Counted from the stretch's first letter, positions 28,901 through 36,713 are shown. The stretch is 64,000 bases of DNA from Patescibacteria group bacterium (GCA_023484515.1 JAMDAY010000028.1:2544-66543); one strand, 5' to 3'. Numbers and translations: made by a program. The notes: generated from the sequence alone by a model not told the origin.

Positions 28901-30632
28901 ATTTTATAACGGTAATCTGGGAGTGCAAGTTGCCGCGCCAGATGCTGAATTGCAGGTAAATTCAATGCCTGTAAACAAGGGTTCTTATTCATTGTCAAAC
29001 TGGAACAGTACCGGCTCCAGAGCCGCTGCGTTTTTTGCCACGCCGAATAACAACGGGGGCAACAGCTTGGCCAGCGCGGAACCGGCTTTGATCTTGGGCA
29101 GGGAGGGTGTAACAGGCCAATCTTATGCCAATTTTGCGGAATTTAAACTGGCACATTACGAAGTTTCGGGCACAGACGCCCGTACCAGGATGGATATTGC
29201 TTTGACACACGGAGCGGGCGATGCAGCCGGAACTAACGTTATGAGCTTGCTAAGCAACGGCAACGTCGGGATTGGCACTACCTCTCCTTCCCAAAAGCTG
29301 GATGTCTGGGGCAATTTGAACGTCGCTACGTCAACTACGCCTGCATTGTTTGTGAACACAGCCACGGGAATGGTGGGAATTGGAACCGCGACGCCTGGGC
29401 ATCTTATTACACTTTCCGGCGGCGCTTATAGCGACGGCGCGACTTGGGAAAACGCTTCGGACGTAAACTTAAAGGAAAACTTTATTGACCTTGACCCGGC
29501 GGAAATTTTAACCAAGATAAATTCCTTAAAAGTCAGCCAGTGGAATTATAAGACGGACAAGAGCATCTCCTATATTGGCCCGACCGCCCAGGACTTTTAT
29601 TCCACATTTAACGCCTTGCGCCCCAGCAGCTCGCCGACCTCCATTTCCACGGTGGACCCGGCAGGCGTTGCATTGTTGGGAATACAGGCTTTGGACAATA
29701 AATTCAACAATTTACAATTGACGATCAGTAATTTACAGGGAAGCCTGATGAATCAGGCAACTACGACTAATCTTGCTGTTTATAACCCTTCCAACTTCTC
29801 GGGCGACAGCGTGGGCCAGGCCAAAATTTTGTCCGGCGCGACCAGCACTTTGGTTTCCTTCCAAAACGCCTACCAATACCAGCCCATAGTTACCCTAACT
29901 CCGGCCGGCCCTTACACCGCCCGCTACTGGGTGGAAAACGCCAACGCAAACGGCTTTACCGTAGTTTTGGAACACGCGGAAGAATACGACGTTACCTTTA
30001 ACTGGCATTCGTTTGCCAGCCCCGAAGCGAAATTAACGGTCAGCGACGGCACCACGCTGGACATTGTTTTGGTTTTGCCGCCGGCCGACCCGCCGCCTCC
30101 GGCCGCGCCTTTGGTGGTGCAGCCTGCGGCGGGGGACGCTACAGGCGGCTCTGCCGGTAGCAATCTTACAGACACTAATCCTCCTGCCGGAGGCGCAGAT
30201 GGTTCTTCCGGCGACAACCTTTCTCCGGACGACTCTTCTAACAACAGCCTTTCCGGCGACAACCTTCCCGCAGGGGATCTCTCAGGAAATACTTCCGGCA
30301 ATAATCCTCCCGCAGACAGCCTTTCCGGCGGTAATCTTACAGACATTAATCCTCCGGCAGGGGATGGAACAGGGGAAGGCGATCCGTCCGCTGATGGGTC
30401 TGCTTCTTCCGGCCAGCAAGGCCAGGTTTCCGGCGCAACCACAATTTCGGGCGATTCCACTTCGGCAAGCACTGAAACTGCATCCGGCGGCGACAGTTCT
30501 GCCGCCGGCAGCGATTCGTTGTCCGGCAGCGGTTCGGGCCCTACAGATACCTCTGCCGGTGTAGATGCCTCCACCGGCGCCACAGACGCATCCGCCGGCA
30601 CTACGGACGCCTCTTCCGGAAGTACACCGTAA
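22905..30632 (+). CDS. giant cell-surface tail-fibre-like protein: TM anchor, collagen-like GEKGEKGDKGDKGDTG, ~11 NVGIGTT repeats, Peptidase-S74 intramolecular chaperone domain, P/S/G/D-rich tail
   Basis: GGAGG RBS upstream. Repeated GNVGIGTTSP..KL.V units. The C-terminal SDVNLKENFIDLDPAEIL...YIGPTAQDF matches the S74 autoprocessing-domain motifs (SDxxLKxNI, GxxAQ). Confidence 0.85.
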   Translation: MKSFLQKIGNALGLRQQPVVINAKFITPQSLKENSKPAAPAFAAAPRVPESRIPDKNKTAPLARQTAKSAPMAKWIGKIPRPKFVLAVPKPHRALAVVLAKTSVVPFKLPQLPAPLKNKMLAKLPNRVLAGLAVLLFALSMSLWGAAKEIQIKHAVPAGVNSGILKSLSFSIPNNFSNNGHSGSSVSAAGQRIYQRPFGKYENLPAKEKAVFYPSNDNLHLLSLFTGGIGNWFGYFGGLRAEYAPYKYAAQNNSKGEAVSRHADLVKGRDSEFVGQAGGAPKLPVGTINFSARLQAVKISARTLALVWTDFLFRHPAINFASLQSAAQNWKTDISRSLKTGVAAFAGVGKSDAQIWGQALTWQISVRKNLPEAADSQRVASQDTIARYFVTLQNFNLKAKQSFAEIKTAAVSYFKVKDINFRNDAASGRVQKGEVLGAVDYPAGQESKFIKIFTNGVGEWFKILPDVKYSEANQQQKAGKGMVLGLSSAKENNSSTVGSISLNRLAQKSLQGLNNAAAWETRQLVKLANFGKVAAKGVGKVWGQVAGAGKGAWNRAVATAGHILQTGSEENVLPLITHDKFGQMVGNNGPAGNGEAANLNSQTPQTGPEAGHSAAAISQPAGAPNAGSGRPASAAVLTAVDPMFVNRLIDARLNQYLAEGKFKGEKGEKGDKGDKGDTGLITNPATNQSSAVVGGYPIVTYVPPVPAQGFAGTSLAGFGNLSAAILSVSDQTSLNNLTVTGNVSLATTTVTSLTIARINPQFTAGSVVFQGSSGLAQDNSNFFYDETNHRLGIGTSTPLTVLEIDATDALRIPVGNTAQRPAVALTGQIRYNLTTHQFEGYGNNSVWQGLGGVIDADQDTYITADTSNADEDTLRLFTLGNERLTVTSAGNVGIGTTTPGYALTVVGDGYFTGNVNIGQNLTVNDGAVIIGSATTTSLTVNAAIASNLIPDGNNTRSLGSASYFWSDLYVGELHANLISDASSTLSGTLSDSFTINSDNASADAENADLIFFRGASGADPNALISWNSTAKRFDLNQPTFIQNASPSTTTIPTLLLQGSVSQTADIFLAASSSGTSLFNITSSGNVGIGTTAPSQLLTVGNNNQFTVSSSGAVVAAGQIQANSLYTLGNVYGYGFQSVNGPSQSYIDMTSYSKAIAFSASSTEVMRLTGNGNIGIGTTSPANKLTVVDADTTSPAGIGSIKLTQNISNPYELFMGVNSTYDNNEGNGAAYIQAQHSGVNVSGLLLNPNGGRVGIGVLHPQSALDVNGGMSIGSYAGTNTAPSNGLIVSGNVGIGTTSPAAKLDVVTSSNNEMRFLDQMTYGTASSSNATGLFLTTPTYNNGGGPSIAFGRGTGINATEMWETGIDYRGGGNLWSGGGAGAYILAYQWEPNGQSADRIAVKPYGQTSIGLPDAGLSQFTAQLEIRNQIASLPVEILYPNLTQSGDVWQVRTTNNGSSAISIPSGAVDASNANAIVPILRLMHPSAASGVGNGAAIDFVASSDGTTIGSEIAGTRAASGGWGNLQFLTRNGSGLLERMRIDNNGNVGIGTTGPTSALEVTSGSGNASVKLSSNAYGGVISTASGSNSGYLYLTPVGRVVSLYDNTNAYKLNIYNGSNAEFSFDSNGNSWLNATTGNVGIGTTSPGAKLHVYGTDYTGAIFQNTNPANFGYNQFTNAGAATSYQYWFGNTYSSATNRYVPSSFLLDAAGTGGLGLAASNASGAIRFYTGGDNERVRIDNNGNVGIGTTSPSTKLEVWDGNDGSGGVITAKDGGAILMAADSSYPLQVGNNTGGANNIRFRIGSDGTIDWNNNNSAIPTITLPTNKYLAVSGGNGMTIAGNVGIGTINPAELLDVAGNIRLTNFRTHNVTRTLSSAINGVVDIGTFNFTLGAGELDVTIVTQGTGYSIAKTYRIPVRYDATSNAWKIVLPNYDSGVYSGNNFQLEVKVGTTNASLRIRSLTANSATAYITIQQNGLNSDSFTESTATSTEAAITQTYTYTPVAFYNGNLGVQVAAPDAELQVNSMPVNKGSYSLSNWNSTGSRAAAFFATPNNNGGNSLASAEPALILGREGVTGQSYANFAEFKLAHYEVSGTDARTRMDIALTHGAGDAAGTNVMSLLSNGNVGIGTTSPSQKLDVWGNLNVATSTTPALFVNTATGMVGIGTATPGHLITLSGGAYSDGATWENASDVNLKENFIDLDPAEILTKINSLKVSQWNYKTDKSISYIGPTAQDFYSTFNALRPSSSPTSISTVDPAGVALLGIQALDNKFNNLQLTISNLQGSLMNQATTTNLAVYNPSNFSGDSVGQAKILSGATSTLVSFQNAYQYQPIVTLTPAGPYTARYWVENANANGFTVVLEHAEEYDVTFNWHSFASPEAKLTVSDGTTLDIVLVLPPADPPPPAAPLVVQPAAGDATGGSAGSNLTDTNPPAGGADGSSGDNLSPDDSSNNSLSGDNLPAGDLSGNTSGNNPPADSLSGGNLTDINPPAGDGTGEGDPSADGSASSGQQGQVSGATTISGDSTSASTETASGGDSSAAGSDSLSGSGSGPTDTSAGVDASTGATDASAGTTDASSGSTP

Positions 30633-30715
30633 GAAATAGGACATATAAGACAAATAAGACAAATAGGACATATAAGACCTATAGGACTAATAGGACTAAT
30701 AAAACCAATAAATTT
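30633..30715. repeat. 9-bp minisatellite (ATAGGACAA / ATAAGACAA units) upstream of the 208-aa Avd-like gene
   Basis: Tandem units read directly. Translates to SYL/SYM runs on the minus strand. Confidence 0.8.
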
Positions 30716-31342
30716 ATGACAGAATTAATCGCCAAGCACGGCGGCTACAAAAACTTAAAATCTTTCCAGGCGGCGGAAATTGTTTACGACTACACCTTTG
30801 AATTCATTAACCGCTATGTCCAATTTTACAAAGACAAGGAGCAAATGGAAGGCGCGGCGCGCGGCGGCAAGCAGAACATCGGCGAAGGCAGCCAGACCGG
30901 CGGCACCTCCAGGCAAAGCGAAATTAGGCTGACAGATGTCGCCCGCGCCTCGCTGGAAGAACTGAAGCTGGATTACGAAGATTTTTTGCGCAAACAAAGC
31001 CTGCCGCAATGGGGCAAAAACGACCCGCGCGCGCTAGCCGTGCGCAAGCTGGCATACGAAAAGAATAGGACATATGGGACTTATAGGACATATATGTCAG
31101 AGCCAGAAACAGCGGCCAACTGCGCCTTGTGCTTAATTAACCAGGCAACTTATTTACTGGACAAACAACTGGCGGCGTTAGACAAGCAGTTAGGGCGGGA
31201 GGAGGACTTTAAAGAGCGTTACAGGCAAGTCCGCAAGGAACAAATATTCGGAGCAAAAGACGACTATGATGAATTTTTAAAGCAGTTTGGCAAGAAACGG
31301 CTGGAAAACGGGAGGGTGGTGCCGCTGGATGCGCCGGATTGA
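30716..31342 (+). CDS. extended four-helix-bundle (Avd-like) family protein
   Basis: QNIGEGSQ...VARASLEELKLDYEDFL parallels the NIAEGxxR...IAKGSxxEL motifs of TIGR02436. Repeat units also lie inside the ORF at 31060-31095 (RTYGTYRTYM). Confidence 0.45.
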   Translation: MTELIAKHGGYKNLKSFQAAEIVYDYTFEFINRYVQFYKDKEQMEGAARGGKQNIGEGSQTGGTSRQSEIRLTDVARASLEELKLDYEDFLRKQSLPQWGKNDPRALAVRKLAYEKNRTYGTYRTYMSEPETAANCALCLINQATYLLDKQLAALDKQLGREEDFKERYRQVRKEQIFGAKDDYDEFLKQFGKKRLENGRVVPLDAPD

Positions 31343-31560
31343 ACAAGGTGAATAGGACAAATAGGACGCATAGGACAGATAGGGCAGAGGGGCAAGGCCT
31401 ATGCGACCAGTAAGACGAATAGGACGTATAAGAACAATAAGACAAATAGGACATATAGGACATATAAGACAAATAGGACAAATAGGACAAATAGGACATA
31501 TAAGTCCTATAAGACCTATAAGTCCTATAAAGACCTATAACCTATAAAACCAAAACAGCC
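31343..31560. repeat. 9-bp minisatellite array, forward units then inverted units (self-palindromic)
   Basis: ataggacaa... followed by gtcctataagacctataagtcctat. Confidence 0.8.
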
Positions 31561-31915
31561 AAGCCTAAAACCACTCCCCTGCCTTAAATAAGAGCTAAAA
31601 AGTATCGGATAAACAATATTTAATCGTTTAAACTAACATAGTTAGATTGACCAATATATATTTGGATAAACAATATAAGATTGGATAAACTATACAAGAT
31701 AGTTTAAATGATATATAATTGTTTTATCAATATAAGATCGTCAAAACAAACTAATATAGTTTAAAAAACCTTATATTGGTTAAACAGCTAAATATCGTTT
31801 AAAAAATAATAAATCGTTTAAACAATCAAAGTAGCTCTAGACGATACTAATTGCAAATAATCCCCAATAATTTTCCACAAATAAACAAACAGCAGTCACA
31901 AAATAAAGAAACAAA

Positions 31916-32146
31916 ATGGCCTCCCCTAACTTACAATTAATTTCCGGCGCGCTTATCTCCATGCATCAGGCAGCAAAAATGACCCCGTATTCGGCGGAGT
32001 ATTTAAGCTTGCTCGCGCGCAAGGGGAGGCTAAAGGCGGTAAAAATCGGCAGGGACTGGCTGACCAATGAAGAGGCAATTAAGGAATACGTGCAAAAGCA
32101 GGTCAAAAAGCACGAAAAAATGCTGGCGGCATTGGGAAAACTATAA
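31916..32146 (+). CDS. excisionase-like helix-turn-helix DNA-binding protein (paralog B)
   Basis: TPYSAEYLSLLARKGRLKAVKIGRDWLTNEEAIKEYVQKQVKKHEKML. Paralog of 22666-22908. Confidence 0.6.
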   Translation: MASPNLQLISGALISMHQAAKMTPYSAEYLSLLARKGRLKAVKIGRDWLTNEEAIKEYVQKQVKKHEKMLAALGKL

Positions 32147-32149
32147 AAA

Positions 32150-32197
32150 ACGGATTTACACGGATACCGTCAAACGGATGCTCACGGATCACGGATA
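32150..32197. repeat. array of 5 ACGGAT hexamers (left flank of the GxxExxY cassette)
   Basis: cggatttacacggataccgtcaaacggatgctcacggatcacggata. Confidence 0.75.
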
Positions 32198-32217
32198 AAA
32201 TACATATGTAAAAATAT

Positions 32218-32654
32218 ATGGACAGTAAAGAAAAAGGGAAATTATTAGAAGAAGGATTGTGTTCAAATATTATTCGGGCGTTTTATGATGTTGCAAATAA
32301 ATATGGCAGCGGTTTAAAGGAAATTGTTTACCAAAAAGCCTTGGTTGAAATTTTGGAAAAAATGGGGCTAAAAACTGAACAGCAAAAAAGATAAGCATTT
32401 ATTCCCTTGATTCAGGGAAAACACTGGGAACATATGTGCCGGATTTAATAGTAGAAGGCAAGGTTGTTGTAGAAATTAAGGCTACCGATTATACAATTGG
32501 CCGCAATATTAATCAACAAAGGTCTTATTTAAAAGCCAGTAAGTATGAAATTGGATACCTGGTAAACTTTGGAACCCCTAGATTATTTTTTAAGAGATCA
32601 ATTTATACCAACGACCGCAAACCGTTTATTATATTATTAACCAATCATCCGTGA
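32218..32654 (+). pseudogene. GxxExxY-family protein gene split by a frameshift in an A6 run (32384-32389)
   Basis: The N-terminal ORF 32218-32394 contains GLKEIVY. The C-terminal ORF has DLIVEGKVVVEIKA...YLVNFG. Adding one A restores a single ~145-aa ORF. Confidence 0.55.
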
Positions 32655-32693
32655 TCCGTGGAAATCCGTAAGCAGTATCCGTGTTTATCCGTT
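32646..32693. repeat. array of 5 ATCCGT hexamers (right flank, inverted relative to 32150-32197)
   Basis: catccgtgatccgtggaaatccgtaagcagtatccgtgtttatccgttt. Confidence 0.75.
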
Positions 32694-33935
32694 TAAATAT
32701 GTCATTTATCGCCAGAAACAAATTCCTAAACAAATATTTGCCCTTAATTCTTTCCGCCATATTGCTTGTTACCGCGTATGGGGCTTATTTTGTCGCACAA
32801 AAATCCAAAACCGCAGAGTCTGCCTGGTTTACTTCTTCTTCCACTGCCGGTACCTGGAACTACCGGCAAAGAATTGTCATTGACCACACCAAGGTCGGGT
32901 AATCGTTAAAACAAAATTTAACCGATTTTCCGGTTTTGGTTTCCACGACCAATGTGCTGTTTAAGTCCGTAAACAACGGGGGACATGTGGGGTTAGACAG
33001 CGGCTACGACATTGTCTTTACCTCCGCGGACGGCGCCACCAAACTAGCGCACGAAATAGAAAAATACGACCCCGCAACCGGCCAGCTAATTGCCTGGGTT
33101 AAAACCAATTTATCTTCGTCTTCCGACACCGTCTTGTATCTTTACTACGGCAACTCTTCCGCCCCCGACATGCAAACCGTAGATCCGGTTAAGACTGCGG
33201 TCTGGGACAGCAACTATAAAGGCGTCTGGCATCTTGGAGAAACCGGCAGGGGCATCAGGCGATTATAAAGACAGCACAACAAATAATAGTAATAGCATCA
33301 GTACTGCTAGCCAGCCTTCCGCGGCTGCCGGCAAAATAGGTAACGCGCAAAATTTTAACAATTCCTACATCCAATTTGACGGTTCAGGCTCCTTAAATAT
33401 TTATTCCAGCCCCATAACCATTGAGGCCTGGATTAAGCCGACAACGCTTGACGCCACGCTTAGGGCGGTAGTTGATAAAGGGAGTGCTACTTATTTAATG
33501 GGGGTCTCCAGTTATCCAAGCACGGGCCATGCCAATACTTTCAGTATTAGCGGAAGCGGGGGGAGTGGTAATTATGTCGCACCTCAAAATTCTATAAGTA
33601 CGGGGGTATGGTATCATTTAGTTGTACAAGGTATAAATAATCCAAAATGGTATGCCAACGGAGCGTATTTAGGGTACTACGATACCCTTATGACCTTGAT
33701 TTCTAATACCGATGTTCTTTCCATTGGCGATAACTCCTTGCATACCCGCAAGTTTAGCGGATTAATTGAGGAAGTCCGCATTTCCAACATAGCCCGCACC
33801 CCCGAATGGATTAAAACCGAATACAACAACCAGTCCGCGCCCTCTGCTTTTTACGCGATTTCCGCGTCCAACGCTTCCTCCCGCCCCGCTGACAAGCCCC
33901 TCATCAAAACCCGCTCCGGCGTGAAGTTCCGCTAA
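32681..33935 (+). pseudogene. DUF2341 + LamG/concanavalin-like surface protein gene, disrupted by an in-frame TAA (32903) and a frameshift (~33240)
   Basis: Signal/TM present. WNYRQRIVIDHTKVG*...FPVLVSTT...DIVFTSADG...YYGN...VWHL matches DUF2341. The third ORF has GKIGNAQNFNNSYIQFDGS...EAWIKP (LamG). Confidence 0.55.
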
Positions 33936-33948
33936 TGAAAACAAAAAA

Positions 33949-33985
33949 CAATGGGCACCATTGTGCTGCACAATGGTGCCCATTG
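33949..33985. repeat. REP hairpin caatgggcaccattgtg-ctg-cacaatggtgcccattg, immediately upstream of RAYT-1
   Basis: 17-bp perfect arms. Confidence 0.8.
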
Positions 33986-33998
33986 TAACCAGCTTAAT

Positions 33999-34652
33999 AT
34001 GAATAACCGGGATTATAAATTTTTTGCGCCCAATACAATCCATCATGTATACAACCGCGGAAATGGTAAAATGGATATTTTTAGGGACGGACAGGATTTT
34101 GCAAATCTGATTAAAAGAATAGCTTTAACTTTAGGCAAGGCGAAAGAGACCGCAACGGTGCCCATTGGCTGCCAATGGGCACCGTTGCGTATTGCGCCTT
34201 TTCCAAAGAACGCTTTTACCATACTGTGTTATTGCCTTATGCCTAACCATTTTCACTTCCTTATCAGGCAGAATACTGAAATTGCGATAAGTGATTTTAT
34301 TTCAAAACTTTGCAGTAGCTATGGTAAATTTTTTAATAAAAAATACGAACACGCTGGCGGCTTGTTCCAAGATCAGTTTAAAGCTGTGCGCGTTGAAAAT
34401 GATTCCCAGTTACTGTGGGCATCCGCCTACATCCACAACAACCCCAAAACCGCCGGACTTGTCCAAAAGTTGGAAGATTATGCCTGGAGCAGTTATTTGG
34501 ATTATATCGGCAAGCGGCAGGGAACTTTGTGCGACAAGGAATTTATTTTAAAGATGATCGGCGGCGCGGAAAAGTATAAAAGATTTACGGAAGGCGGCTT
34601 TGAAAAAATCAAGGGGAGAAAAGAATTGGAACATTTGCTGCTGGATAATTAA
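33999..34652 (+). CDS. REP-associated tyrosine transposase (RAYT, IS200/Y1 HuH family), copy 1
   Basis: HHVYNRGN and YCLMPNHFHFLI (HuH) motifs. The start was chosen at MNNRDYK by alignment to copy 2. An internal REP hairpin at 34151-34189 is translated as TATVPIGCQWAPLRIAP. Confidence 0.8.
   Translation: MNNRDYKFFAPNTIHHVYNRGNGKMDIFRDGQDFANLIKRIALTLGKAKETATVPIGCQWAPLRIAPFPKNAFTILCYCLMPNHFHFLIRQNTEIAISDFISKLCSSYGKFFNKKYEHAGGLFQDQFKAVRVENDSQLLWASAYIHNNPKTAGLVQKLEDYAWSSYLDYIGKRQGTLCDKEFILKMIGGAEKYKRFTEGGFEKIKGRKELEHLLLDN
34151..34189. repeat. REP hairpin cgcaacggtgcccattgg-ctg-ccaatgggcaccgttgcg, inside the RAYT-1 ORF
   Basis: 18-bp perfect arms. Shares the ggtgcccattg core with the upstream hairpin. 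Confidence 0.8.
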
Positions 34653-34655
34653 AAT

Positions 34656-34677
34656 CCCCAGAGGCCGGCCTCTGGGG
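34656..34677. terminator. perfect palindrome ccccagaggcc/ggcctctgggg between convergent genes
   Basis: 11-bp arms with no loop spacer. Lies between the RAYT-1 stop and the ABC permease stop. Confidence 0.5.
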
Positions 34678-34687
34678 AAGATGGACG

Positions 34688-35431
34688 TTATTCTTTTAGT
34701 TTGAATACTTTAACCGTTATCAGCAGCAGCGCTGCCAGCCAAATGCCTAAGATCGCCAGGTCAAAGGCGATTTTTTTTAAGTCAAACGCGGACAAGTAGG
34801 CGGTGCGCAGGCCCTCGGCCAAATAAGTAATGGGCAAAATTTTGGCAATTTTTTGCAAGGCCTCCGGCAGCACGCTTAGCGGATAAAACACGCTGCTTAA
34901 AAAAGTCAGGGGCAGGCCCACGGCCGAGGTGATGGGCGCGGCCGAATCGTAGCTGTTGGCATAATTGGCTATGAGCAGGCCAACTAGCAGGAAAATTGCC
35001 CCACCGGCCACAATTAGCAGGAACGAGGAAATAATATTGCCGGCAAATTGGGCGCGGAACGCCAAAACTCCCAGCAAGGTTAGAATGACCGCCTGCATTA
35101 CCACTATTACCAGGCGCGCGCAAACCAGGCTGACTACCAGTTGCCATTGCTTGAGCGGCGTGGCCAGCAAACGCTTGGTAACGCCGCGCGCCTTTAAGTC
35201 CACCATCCAATAGGCCAGGCTGTATATACCTCCCTGCATAATGGTCATGGCAATAATTCCGGGCAGGACAAAACTGGAGTAAACGGTCTGGGAATTTATA
35301 ATCTTGCCGATGGGAATAATCGACAGCGCGGTATAAATAAAAGCCGGCATCAGCACCGTCCAGTAAAAACCCTCCTTTTCGCGGTAGAACATTTTAAAAT
35401 TGGCGAGGAATAGTTGGTAGAAGCTGGACAT
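34688..35431 (-). CDS. ABC-2 type transporter permease
   Basis: Six hydrophobic segments. Adjacent to the ABC ATPase. Confidence 0.7.
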   Translation of the reverse strand: MSSFYQLFLANFKMFYREKEGFYWTVLMPAFIYTALSIIPIGKIINSQTVYSSFVLPGIIAMTIMQGGIYSLAYWMVDLKARGVTKRLLATPLKQWQLVVSLVCARLVIVVMQAVILTLLGVLAFRAQFAGNIISSFLLIVAGGAIFLLVGLLIANYANSYDSAAPITSAVGLPLTFLSSVFYPLSVLPEALQKIAKILPITYLAEGLRTAYLSAFDLKKIAFDLAILGIWLAALLLITVKVFKLKE

Positions 35432-35610
35432 ACGATTTTAGGGTTTTTCTAAAATTAAAAACCTGTAAATTATTCTAATTTTTAATTGACCTAATTATTT
35501 TAAACAATATCCAATTCCTAATTCCCAATATCCAACTACTGCAGTTCATTGGGAATTGGATATTGGGTATTGGAAATTATTTAGGGTACTTAGGAATTAG
35601 GTTAATTTTG

Positions 35611-36606
35611 TCACTCTTCCCCATACTCTTTCCCCGTCAGTTCCAAATACACGTCTTCCAAGGTGGCGGTTTTCACCATGAAGCCGTAAAAGGCGATACC
35701 TTCCTTTTTTAGCAAATTTACAATGGCGGAAATTTTGTCCAAACTGGAAATCTCCAAAATGACCTTAGGATAACTGGCGTGGATTTTTTTAACTTCCGGC
35801 AGGGCAGTGAATAATTCGGGAGTAATTCGCCCCTCCGTGAAAAAGGAAACCTGGGTCGTTTCGGAAAGCCGGTCAATAAGTTTTTTGGGCTGGTCAATTT
35901 CCAAAATTTTTCCCTGGTCCATAATGGCCACATGGTGGCAAAGGAATTCCGCCTCTTCCATGTAATGGGTAGTCAGGACAATGGTAATGCCTTCGGCATT
36001 GATTTTTTTAATAAGCCCCCAAAGGCTCCGGCGTGCGGCCGGGTCCAAACCAGTGGTTGGTTCGTCTAAAAACAAAATTTCCGGCCGGTTAACCAGGGAA
36101 ACGGCAATGGCAAAGCGCTGTTTTTGTCCGCCGGAAAGGCTGGCGAATTCTTCACTGGCCTTGTCTTCCAGGTTCACCACCTGTAACGGGCTTGTGCTAT
36201 TTGTCCCTGCGCCTTTGGGCTGCTTATAAAAAGAGGAAAACAAATCCAACAACTCTTTTAGCGACAAGTGGTGCAAATACTGGCTGGATTGCAATTGCAC
36301 GCCTATGCGCTTTTTAACTTCTTCTGCGTCTGCAATGTTATCCAGTCCCAATATAGCTACTTTCCCGCTGGTTTGCCGCTTTAAGCCTTCAATAATTTCC
36401 AGGGTGGTGGTCTTTCCTGCGCCATTGGGACCGAGCAATCCGAAAATTTCCCCTTTTTCCACGGAAAAAGAAATGCCGTTAACCGCGGTTAAAAATTTGT
36501 TCCCTTGCCGGCCCAGCTTTTTGGCAAGGGGATAAGTTTTTGTTAAATTTTGGATCTCAATTACTTTTTCCATATTTTCCTGCTTTATTATATCACATTG
36601 TGTCAA
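35611..36606 (-). CDS. ABC transporter ATP-binding protein
   Basis: GLLGPNGAGKTTT Walker A, LSGGQKQRFAIAVSL signature and LFLDEPTTGLD Walker B are present. Confidence 0.85.
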   Translation of the reverse strand: MTQCDIIKQENMEKVIEIQNLTKTYPLAKKLGRQGNKFLTAVNGISFSVEKGEIFGLLGPNGAGKTTTLEIIEGLKRQTSGKVAILGLDNIADAEEVKKRIGVQLQSSQYLHHLSLKELLDLFSSFYKQPKGAGTNSTSPLQVVNLEDKASEEFASLSGGQKQRFAIAVSLVNRPEILFLDEPTTGLDPAARRSLWGLIKKINAEGITIVLTTHYMEEAEFLCHHVAIMDQGKILEIDQPKKLIDRLSETTQVSFFTEGRITPELFTALPEVKKIHASYPKVILEISSLDKISAIVNLLKKEGIAFYGFMVKTATLEDVYLELTGKEYGEE

Positions 36607-36713
36607 CTGTTTTTTTATGCTATCATATAAGTGTACATTTCCATTGCGGAGGGTAAAAATGGCATTCCTAAGATCCCGCCGGCTTTAGGCCGGGGAATTG
36701 GGGAAGCTGTCAC

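Noticed and set aside
30282-30671. Minus-strand ORFs translating to MSYLSYLSYMSY... (also 31209-31499)
   Set aside because: They are artefacts of the 9-bp minisatellite read in frame. They overlap the end of the giant gene and the Avd-like gene.
20575-31342. Diversity-generating retroelement (two Avd-like genes, one right after a large target-like gene)
   Set aside because: There is no reverse transcriptase and no template/variable repeat pair anywhere in the window, so the call cannot be supported.
30633-31560. Possible CRISPR array
   Set aside because: The units are 9 bp and directly abutting with no spacers. This is a minisatellite, not a repeat-spacer array, and no cas genes are present.
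35460-35600. Inverted repeat cccaatatccaa...ttggatattggg between the ABC ATPase and permease genes
   Set aside because: It is short and AT-rich inside an intra-operon spacer. It may be a small hairpin, but there is no further support for a specific element.
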